Below are positions 1 to 8,512 of a DNA stretch of 12,948 nt, piece by piece. The translations under genes and the position numbers were made by a program. The notes beneath the pieces were generated by a model. The model saw only the letters and a list, made by a program, of their open reading frames with translations. It was not told where the DNA came from and made no database searches. How positions within the stretch are numbered: the first letter of the stretch is position 1; every line of letters begins with the position of its first letter. This DNA comes from Octopus sinensis (taxonomy: Eukaryota): the NCBI RefSeq assembly GCF_006345805.1, contig NW_021826478.1, positions 1 through 12,948 on the forward strand. The letters run 5' to 3'.

Positions 1-39
1 TTTAGAACGTGTGTTGACAAAGATAACCACCCCTGGTTC

Positions 40-210
40 GTTGGCGCCAAAAGTTCCGGAAAATCGATGCTAAGACTTTATTTCTTCGGGCTGTTTACGT
101 TCTGAGCCTTAATCTATCTGTGCAATCTTTGGATTTCGTATGCATGGGTTCCATTCAATATGGCACCAGTATTTCACCAGTGATTCACTGTGTTCGATTT
201 CATTGATTAC
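40..210 (+). mobile_element. Highly diverged relic of the SINE family that forms the 10160-11066 array
   Basis: Shares TTTACGTTCTGAG (95-107) with the array unit. Downstream GCACCAGT and CACTGTGTTCGATTTCATTGATT resemble the unit's GTACCAGT and CACTGGGGTCGATATAATCGACT in the same order. Confidence 0.35.
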
Positions 211-420
211 TGCTCGTTGTCAATGTGCAACGATTTAGTAGGTTTAAACCACCTGGCAAACGATGGGTCTCTAATGGCAGGTGGTATGACCTACAGAGTG
301 GAGAACGTTGCCCCAAAGCATCATGGTATAATAACCTGTAGTACGGCTAACGTCACATACCCGTACACACACACACATTCCAGCACGGCACCTTCCCCTC
401 CTCCATGTGTATGTATGTAG

Positions 421-576
421 CCACTACACACATTTTTTTGCTCTCCTTGTTTCTTTCTGTGTTCCTTTCTGTAGAAGAGCGTAGGCTCGAAACGTGAAAG
501 ACTTTTTCAATTCCTGAGCGTTATACTAATACATCTGTTTGTTGTCTAACCACCTGTTTTCGTCTTTTGTTTTTTC
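421..576 (+). mobile_element. Pseudo-LTR-like, T-rich cassette carrying the hammerhead-like motif
   Basis: Pyrimidine-rich non-coding segment containing the 465-500 motif and abutting the PLE RT fragment. It resembles an abundant octopus repeat as recalled (not verified). Confidence 0.5.
465..500 (+). ncRNA. Minimal type-I hammerhead-like motif with variant core (probably inactive copy)
   Basis: CTTT(465-468) / CTGTAGA(469-475)+A / GAGC-GTAG-GCTC helix II (477-488) / GAAAC-GT (489-495; palindromic ACGT minimal helix III) / G496 / AAAG(497-500) pairing with CTTT. Deviations from the canonical core: A6->U, one extra A before helix II, and G at position 17. Confidence 0.55.
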
Positions 577-1295
577 TACAGACAAAGATCGGGAACAGCG
601 ATGGGCACGCGTACTGCGCCTTCTTTTGCCAACCTAGTGATGGGATACCTCGAAAAAATACTCTACCAGATAACACTCGAGAAATATGGAAACACCTTCT
701 CCACCTATATCCAGAACAACTGGAAAAGATACCACGACGACTGCTTTATCCTCTGGGATAAAAGTATAGAGAAACTTGAGGAATTTAAAATACTATTAAA
801 TGGAATAAATGATAATATACAATTCACGATGGATCATAACGAAGAGGAATTACCATTTTTAGACATCCTCATTAAGAAAGCCGGCAACAAAATAGAGACA
901 GATATCTATTATAAACCGACAGACTCCAAACAGTACCTACGCTTTGATTCATGCCACCCAAGACACACTAGAATAAATGTCCCTTTTTGTTTAGCTAGAA
1001 GGATTTGCACCATAATATCAGACACAAACACCCGACACACATGTCTCCAGGAACTTAGAACTACACTCATAAATAGAAATTATCCACAGCTCCTAATAGA
1101 CAGTGCAATCCAACGGGCACTTAAATTAAGTATAGAAGACCTGAGACAAACAAAACCAAAAAAGAAAGAAAAATTAAAAACCCTTCCCTACATCTCTACA
1201 CACAACCCACTTAACAATGAGGCCTTCAGCACCATACTACAAAGCACAGCACTACTAAAGGGAGACCCAAAGATGAACAAGATCCTCGAAACACC
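574..1295 (+). pseudogene. PLE reverse transcriptase remnant (motif B' to thumb)
   Basis: The frame of ORF 601..1329 extends upstream to FYRQRSGTAMGTRTAPSFANLVMGYLE (QxxGxxMG motif). It also contains WKRYHDDCFILW (YxDD, 730-741), LPFLDILI and TDIYYKPTDSKQYLRFDSCHP (PLE-typical S-x-HP). A frameshift occurs near 1288-1295. Confidence 0.93.
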
Positions 1296-1790
1296 ATCAT
1301 TAAAAGTAAACGGCAACCAAAATCCTTGAAAAGGATTTTAACCCAAGCTAAACTGCACTCAACATCAACCACAAAACCAGCAGTTAGAAAATGTGGATGG
1401 CCCAACTGCGGAATCTGTGTCATCTTGGTAGAAGGTTCAGAATTTATACTAGAACAAGGCCTTCAGTTCACCATTAGAACAAACTTTACCTGTGCATCAG
1501 AAAACTTAATTTACGTCTTAACATGCGCAGGCTGCAATAGGCAGTATATAGGCCATAAAAAAATAGCTTACGTAAAAGGGATGGCGGTGCATAAATCCCA
1601 ATTAGAAACCCTGAATACCGGAAAATACCGGTCAGCGGACACATAGATAGATGTGCTACAAATGAAAATCCGAAATTTACAACTTACCCACTTTACAAAT
1701 TCAGTGACAGCGTAACCTTCACCCAACGCCCAAAAATAAGAACTTTATTCATCAAAAAAATTTAGACCAAGTTGAACACCCTGGGCCAGG
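1296..1790 (+). pseudogene. PLE linker + Cys-rich motif + GIY-YIG endonuclease remnant, several frameshifts
   Basis: ORF 1326..1646 gives CGWPNCGIC and FTCASENLIYVLTCAGCNRQYIG. A shifted frame from 1637 gives GHIDRCA...KF...PLYK...TQR. Broken E-L-Y/F-I-K-K/F-R-P/L-N fragments at ~1740-1777 match the GIY-YIG C-terminal helix and Asn. Confidence 0.9.
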
Positions 1791-1955
1791 AATTTCAAAC
1801 AAAACATTGGTCTTCCGAAAAGGAAAATGAAATTCTAATAAAAAAAGGGTGGAGGTGGGGGAATTACAATTTCTCAGATCTTTAAACAGTCACTCCCGCT
1901 TACAGTGGTATGTTTTAGGGAAAAATGAATTTATAAAGAAATTTTTTTCTGCGAG

Positions 1956-2159
1956 CAGATCTGATTTTGATTCGTTAAAAAATTGATGACGTTTTTCTTC
2001 CGTGGTCAAGCTTGTTGTTCGGCTTGGCTGGTTTCCTTACAGGATACAGTTATGGGTCAGATCTGATTTTTATTCGTTAAAAAACTGATGACGTTTTTCT
2101 TCCGTGGTCAAGCTTGTCGTTCTACTTGGTTGGTTTCCTTACAGGATACAGTTGGGGGT
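1956..2159. repeat. Tandem direct duplication, 2 x 102 bp
   Basis: CAGATCTGATTTT...ACAGGATACAGTT..GGGT starts at 1956 and again at 2058, with a handful of substitutions. Confidence 0.95.
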
Positions 2160-2302
2160 CTTTACCTTGTATTCGTTGAAGTTTGGTTTTGATTGGTTTA
2201 ATATTTTTGATAAGGTTCGTTTTTTCAAGAACTGAAACATGTAAAATTCATAAGAAAATTAAAATTTATCTAATATAGTGGCGTTTCAAACTTTTTTTTA
2301 CA

Positions 2303-2307
2303 ATATA

Positions 2308-2350
<43 letters not shown>

Positions 2351-2366
2351 TATATACATATATATT
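2303..2366. repeat. Interrupted (TA)n microsatellite
   Basis: Direct reading. Confidence 0.95.
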
Positions 2367-2367
2367 A

Positions 2368-2615
2368 GAGGCGTGTAATTTAGTAGTAAAGGTGTTGGAT
2401 TCATAATAGCAACATTGTGCTTCCTATTCCTGGACCGGGCGATGAGTTATGATCTTGAAGAAAACAGTTAATTCCACGTTCCTCCAATCCACCAAGCAGG
2501 TAAAAATGAGTATTCCTGGGATGAAACAACAAACCCATCCAGTGAAAATATATACGCCACAAAAAACTGGACACGACTTATACGTCTGAATGACTCGAGG
2601 AGTTCTATCCTTTTA
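2368..2615 (+). mobile_element. Diverged tRNA-derived SINE sharing head and core with the 8003 copy
   Basis: Degenerate tRNA-like head, GGACCGGGC, then TCTTGAAGAAAACAGTTAATTCCACGTTCCTCCAATCCACCAAGCAGG..AAATGAGT aligns with 8059-8137. The 3' boundary is approximate. Confidence 0.65.
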
Positions 2616-2987
2616 ATATACACTTAGCTAGTGTTGTTTCCAGGTCTTCAATGACTCAGATTTTAGCACCTGTTAGGGACAATTAACTATCGTGTGAAAC
2701 ACTGGGAGTGAAGGATCCCCTAGTTCTCGTTAAAACTTCCTTAAAGGAGAAGATAAACTCGTATAGAAAAAAACCCTAAGGTCCAGGTGATTTTTCGTTG
2801 TCTCAACCTCTATTGGACCACTGTTTTTTTTAGGTGTGTACGTTGAAATGTGAGTTTAGGGCTGCCCAACATTTCATCCAAATACACGCAAATAAACGCA
2901 CGGGGAACCTCTTGGAATCTTGGAACTTCTGCATGAAATCGGGAATTTAGGAACCGGTTCTTATTCGGAAGAGAGTTAAATTCCACC

Positions 2988-3706
2988 ATGTGTGTGTGTG
3001 TGTGAGAGAGAGAGTGAGTGTGTGTGTGCGTATGTTGTTTATATGCATATATATACATATATATATATTGTATTTATGTAAATTATGTATGAATATATAT
3101 TATATATATAATATATATATATATATATACATTATATACATATATATATATATACAATATGTATATATATTTTATATATATATATATGTATATGTATATT
3201 ATATAATATATTATATATACACACATCTACATACATGTATGTAGACATACGTATATTTTATATCTATATACATGTATATATACATATATACCTCGCTCAG
3301 AGACTTATTATTGCTTATTTATACATATATATATATTTAACATACATACACGGATTATGTATTATTGGTGTTTATATATAAATATATATGCATGTATGCA
3401 TATATATGCATTTATATATGCATATATATAAACAACTACACACACACACATATATATATATATATAATTGTATGTATATACATGAATACAGATATAAATT
3501 CAAGTTCATAACAAAATGTATATGTATGTATGTATGTACGTACGTACGTATGTATGTATGTATGTATGTATGTATGTATGTATGTATGTATGTATGTATG
3601 TATGTATGTATGTATGTATGTATGTATGTATGTATGTATGTATGTGTGTGTGTGTATGCATGTATGTGTGTGTATGTATGTATGTATGTATGTATGTATG
3701 TATGTA
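2988..3706. repeat. Compound microsatellite region: (TG)n, (AG)n, degenerate (TA)n, then a long (TATG)n from 3521
   Basis: Direct reading; explains the MYVC/YIHT-type ORFs here. Confidence 0.95.
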
Positions 3707-3904
3707 TTTGTTCCACCAACATCGCTTCATAACCAATGGTGGTGTGTTTACGTCCCACTCATCTAGCGGTTCGGCAAAAGCGACCCAGAGAAAAAGTACT
3801 AGGCTTACAAAGAATAAGACCTGGGGTCGATTTGTTCCACTAAAGGCAGTGCTCCAGCATGGCCGCAGTCAAATGAATGAAAGAAGCAAAGGAATAAAAG
3901 AATA
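3707..3904 (+). mobile_element. 3' half of an abundant tRNA-derived SINE (same family as the 6479 and 11401 copies)
   Basis: CAACATCGCTT...CTAGCGGTTCGGCAAAAGCGAC...AAGTACTAGGCTTACAAAGAAT...GGTCGATTTG...CTCCAGCATGGCCGCAGTCAAATGA aligns with 11596-11760. Confidence 0.9.
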
Positions 3905-4392
3905 TATATATTATATAATATTCAGACACATTAGTGAAATATTGTTTATATATATATATATATGATGTATGTATGTATATATATACATGTATACAAATAC
4001 ATAGATATATATGCATCTACATATATGTATGTATATAAACATATATACTTAAATGTATATAGATATATGTATGTATAGGTACATACATATATAAATATAC
4101 ATATATATATACATGTATGTATGTATGCATATAATATGATAGTTAATATAATATATATATATATATATATATAATATATAATATATATATATATATATCT
4201 AAATATACATGTATTATATTATTAACTAAGTCAATTTAAAATGTTAACTGAACTATAACTACTTTTTCACATATACACATACACAAACACAAGTATCCAT
4301 ATATATATATATATATATATATATCATATATATATATTATATAATATATATAGAGAGAGAGAGAGAGAGAGAGGAGAGAGATAGATAGATAG

Positions 4393-4460
<68 letters not shown>
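3905..4460. repeat. Degenerate (TA)n, (AG)n and (GATA)n microsatellites
   Basis: Direct reading; (GATA)n at ~4378-4459. Confidence 0.9.
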
Positions 4461-4461
<1 letters not shown>

Positions 4462-5019
4462 GCATGTTTACATACATACGCACATGTGTACGACAGTGTG
4501 TAAAATCTGTAATCGAAATAACATACAGAAATTAAAATACAACATACTTTAGCTCTGGTGAAATTTAGCATTGAAATATAATGAATAAAAGTGGACTTTA
4601 ACGGCGAATTTTATCGGGCGAATTCATAAAGAGATTTATTGCAGAGTCAAAAAGACGCAAAGTATAAGAAATAATCGTCCTGTCCTCCCCTATCAATCAC
4701 GCAGCCACTTATTCAAATGTACATATACACACACATATAATTACACATGTACACATATATGTGTCTATATATGCATATGTTTATATATAAATGTGTGTGT
4801 ATGTGCTGTACATACACTTGTATAGCTAAACAAACTACTGTTGAATGCTTTCCCGCCTTTTTTCGTTCGTCACTTTACACGCTGTAGGAGGCTTAACGAA
4901 CTTTAGATAGCTAGCTCTACTACTATCAACCACGTGTCTTGATGTGTCATTTTCCCTAGTCAGATAGCCTGATAGTCAATCGCTTAAAAACAGTGGGTTA
5001 TCGCTTGCGCATACATACG

Positions 5020-5325
5020 AAATTATGTACATGTACATATGTATGCACACATACATACATACATACATACATACATACTACATACATACATACATACATA
5101 CATACATACATGCGTGCATGCATATATACATACATACACACACACACACACATATATATGTACATACAAATATACATATATATACACACGCATGTATATA
5201 CAGATAAGTATATGTACACATGTATATATACATGTATATATATATATTATACATGTATGTATGTGTATATGTATAAATACATACATACATATATTATTAT
5301 TATTATTATTATTATTTTATTATTA

Positions 5326-5378
<53 letters not shown>

Positions 5379-5446
5379 GTAGTAGTAGTAGTAGTAGTAG
5401 TAGTTAGTAGTAGTAGTAGTATAATCATTATTATTATCATCATCAT
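5020..5446. repeat. (CATA)n/(CA)n followed by (TAT)n-(TAG)n-(CAT)n triplet tract
   Basis: Direct reading; triplets from ~5292 to ~5446. Confidence 0.95.
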
Positions 5447-5649
5447 ACACATGTTGCTTCTGCTAAATATTAGTAAAAAATAGTAAAAATATACTCGTGG
5501 TTTTGTGTTCTTTTTTTCATGCTTGCATCGTCAAACTTATATGTATATACATATACATACACATATAGATAGAGTGAGAGAGAGAGAGAAGGGATATATA
5601 TATTATATATATATATATATATATAATATAGTATATATATATAAGGTAT

Positions 5650-5773
5650 GTAGAAAAATACAACATGGACAAGAACGTATAACTCATAGAAGACGATACA
5701 ATAAACATGGACAGGACATTCGAACCCCTCAGTCTTCAGTCAAGAACCGGATCATCGTAGTAATTTCGGCTGA

Positions 5774-5775
<2 letters not shown>
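5650..5775. repeat. Short complex-sequence island with an internal AACATGGACA(A/G)G direct repeat; probable interspersed-repeat fragment
   Basis: AACATGGACAAG at ~5662 and AACATGGACAGG at 5704, flanked on both sides by (TA)n. Family assignment is from recall only. Confidence 0.4.
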
Positions 5776-5807
<32 letters not shown>

Positions 5808-6478
5808 TATATATATACACATATAGGTAACTATTTTTATGTGTGGTATTTATGTGTAAACGCAGCTCCATGTATTTATCTTATCTGCCGTACAAGAGTA
5901 CATTGAGCAACGCATATGTACGGCTTAACACTAGATGCAATTGAAGTCTCACATGAAATCTAGCTCCTGTATGTATATATATCATACACAGAGGCACAGA
6001 CATACACAAACACACATGTATATATACATCCGAGTATATATGTGCACATATGTATGCATGTATGAATGAATGTAAACAAGCACGTGTGCATGAACATACG
6101 TACATATATACAAGTATTCTATATGCTGTGTGCTTTCTTCTCTCGGCATGGTGTATGGTGTCTGTTAACCTAAAATGCAGTGAAAAAGTAGAAGAAATGC
6201 AAAATGATACATATGCAAATTAAGTTAATTAGTGGAGATGCATTATGCATGCATAGGAGGTGGGGTCATGAATAACTGATATATTTTAGAGTGAATATAT
6301 ACGTGTTCATCTAGATGTGTCTTTGCATATTTTATATACATATACATATATATACAAGGTTACGTACAAGTTTGTTTGTTTTCATATTACATTCGCGAGG
6401 CTTTTGTATTACACACACACACACACACACACCACACACATACACATCTGTATGTGTATATATATATATTATATATAT

Positions 6479-6913
6479 AGGCGGAGGCGTGGCTGTTAGG
6501 CAAGAGTCTTGCTTTCCAACCACATGGGTCGAGGTTCAGTTCCACTGCATGGCACCTCGGGCAAGTGTCCTCTACTAAAACTTCAGGCCGACCAAACAAA
6601 GCCTTGTGAGTAGATTTAGTAAACGGAAACTGAAAGAAGCTCGTCGTATATGTGCGTGTGAGTGAAAGAAGTGTGTGTGTGTGTATGTGTGTCTTTATGC
6701 CTGTGTGCCCCCCACCACTGCATGACAGTCGGTGTCGGTGTGTTTAGGTCCTCGTAAGTTAGCGTTTCAGCAAAAGAGAACGATCGAAAAAATGCCAGGC
6801 TTTAGAAAAATAAGTACTGGGATTGATATAGATACATTCGACAAAAAATACTTAAAAGCGGTGCCCCAGCATGGCCACAGTCTAATGAGTGAAGCATGTA
6901 AAACATAAAAGAT
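6479..6913 (+). mobile_element. Full-length tRNA-derived SINE with internal (TG)n tract
   Basis: tRNA-like head with B-box-like GGTTCAGTTCC (6533-6543), CCTCGGGCAAGTG, GCCTTGTGAGTAGATTT..GGAAACTGAAAGAAGC, an internal microsatellite, and the tail CCAGCATGGCCACAGTCTAATGA. Colinear with 11401-11760. Confidence 0.9.
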
Positions 6914-6931
6914 GTATTGCATTTGCCTGAT

Positions 6932-7062
<131 letters not shown>

Positions 7063-7241
7063 TGTGCATATATGCCTATGTTCGCATCTTAGCTACCATA
7101 TAGAACCATTTCTCATTTATTTATCGACAGCAAAATCACTGCACACATAAATCAGCCCTGGTCTGCAGACCCATGAGGGTCGTGCCTGAAGATAACCACT
7201 GCTAATATAAATAATATAAATATATGCATATAATATAAATA

Positions 7242-7306
<65 letters not shown>

Positions 7307-7546
7307 TATATATATATATATTGGTTAAGTCCTGTTTATAGGGTTACCCTAGGTTTCTCGCCATAAAGAAGCCATAGGCCAACAGGTCTATGATGCGCCA
7401 TAAACATACTACATATATATACGAAGGAACTAAGATTCAGTTGAATTAGGTACTTAAGTTGAAGCACGAAGTCAGTCGGGTATTATCCGCTCAGCTCGAA
7501 GTGATGTGAATAAAGTCAAAATAAGCAACAGGATATCAAAAAGTGA

Positions 7547-7632
7547 TGCAGTACGACCGTTTCAGGCGACTCTATTTAATCGAACAATGCAATCATTACA
7601 TAAACTCAAATGCAGGGCTATCATCAGCTGCA
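7547..7632 (-). ncRNA. Type-I hammerhead ribozyme motif (minimal helix III, 57-nt helix-II region)
   Basis: Minus strand reads TGCAG-CTGATGA-[57 nt]-GAAAC-GGTC-GTA-CTGCA. Helix I is TGCAG/CTGCA, helix III is ACG-GT-CGT, and the GUA cleavage triplet predicts a cut between 7552 and 7551. Helix II pairing is weak. Confidence 0.65.
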
Positions 7633-7845
7633 CAAATGAATAGAATTTTAATCAGTCGGACACATTAATATAATTTTACTCAAATACTTTAACAGAGCAA
7701 GAAGACAAACAAATTAGAAATGAACCACAATCCTTTACAAACTATGATCCCAGTAAGCTTCATGCTTTTCTTGGAAGTGTAGCATATTCTTAGCTACTAT
7801 AGCGACAACATGGATTTCTTCCATCTCCTTGTTCTATTTATTTGC

Positions 7846-7929
7846 GCAGCTGATGATAGCCCTGCATTTAAATGGATGTAATGCTTGCATTTTTCAATTA
7901 AATGGAGCCGCTTGAAACAGTCGTACTGC
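7846..7929 (+). ncRNA. Type-I hammerhead ribozyme motif, second (inverted) copy
   Basis: GCAG(7846-7849)-CTGATGA(7850-7856)-[57 nt; AGC/GCT pairing after a U-U]-GAAAC(7914-7918)-AGTC-GTA(7923-7925)-CTGC(7926-7929). Confidence 0.6.
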
Positions 7930-8002
7930 ATCACTTCTTGATATCCTGTTGCTTCTTTTTATAACACACACACACACACACACACATACACACATATATA
8001 TA

Positions 8003-8337
8003 TGGCTCAGTGGTTAGAGCGTCGAGCTTACGATCGTGAGGTTGTGAGCTCGAATCCCGGACCGGGCTGCGTGTTGTGTTCTTGAGCAAGGCACTTTATT
8101 TCACGTTGCTCCAGTTCACTCAGCTGTTAGAATGAGTTGCGACGTCACTGGTGCCAAGCTGTATCGACCTTTGTCTTTCCGTGGATAACACTGGGGCAGT
8201 GGAGAGGGGAGGCTGGTATGCATGGGCGACTGCTGGTCTTCCATAAACAACCTTGCCCGGACTTGTGTCTAGGAGGGTAACTTTCTAGGTGCAATCCCAT
8301 GGTCATTCATGACCGAAGGGGGTCTTTACTTACTTTA
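8003..8337 (+). mobile_element. Near full-length tRNA-derived SINE with CORE-like central domain and (CTTTA/CTTA)-type tail
   Basis: A box TGGCTCAGTGG (8003-8013), B-box-like GAGCTCGAATCCC (8046-8058), central TTCTTGAGCAAGGCACTTT..CTCCAGTTCACTCAGCTG, 3' hairpin GGTCA-TTCA-TGACC (8301-8314) and a short repeat tail. Confidence 0.9.
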
Positions 8338-8469
8338 TGTATGTATATATATGTGTCACATATTATATTCAGATATATATTGTCACATATTTACAGATAA
8401 ATTCCTCTATTTACATATATCGAGATTCATTTTTTGTTGTCTTACCATTCCTATCAATATATATATATT

Positions 8470-8512
<43 letters not shown>

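Larger units (their letters stand above)
574..1790 (+). mobile_element. 5'-truncated, frameshifted Penelope-like retroelement (PLE): RT C-terminal half, linker, Cys-rich region and GIY-YIG endonuclease
   Basis: RT motifs, then a linker recoverable across a frameshift (IIKSKRQPKSLKRILTQAKL), then CxxPxCxxC and NLIY...QYIG. RT followed by GIY-YIG is the diagnostic PLE architecture. Confidence 0.95.
7523..7954. mobile_element. Fold-back element: 123-bp inverted arms (7523-7645, 7832-7954) around a 186-bp spacer; probable non-autonomous PLE derivative
   Basis: The reverse complement of the left arm aligns to the right arm without gaps, with 14 mismatches by manual count (~89% identity). Each arm contains a hammerhead motif. 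Confidence 0.85.

Noticed and set aside
190-420. 76-aa ORF upstream of the PLE
   Set aside because: It starts at a non-ATG codon, runs into a (CA)n repeat, and has no recognisable motif.
2085-2150. CTGATGA in the 102-bp repeat as a hammerhead core
   Set aside because: There is no downstream GAAA or helix arrangement on the same strand, and the other copy reads TTGATGA.
4848-4856. TTTCCCGC E2F-like site in a mildly CpG-containing patch
   Set aside because: A single 8-mer with no promoter or gene context.
5887-5925. 8-bp inverted repeat GCCGTACA/TGTACGGC
   Set aside because: Isolated short stem, plausibly chance in 13 kb.
7159-7200. 12-bp palindrome GGTCTGCAGACC, hairpin GACCC-ATGA-GGGTC and a nearby CTGAAGA
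   Set aside because: No GAAA or NUH geometry follows; short symmetries alone are insufficient evidence.
8003-8065. tRNA gene
   Set aside because: No complete acceptor stem or cloverleaf; it continues into a SINE core and tail, so it is a tRNA-derived SINE head.
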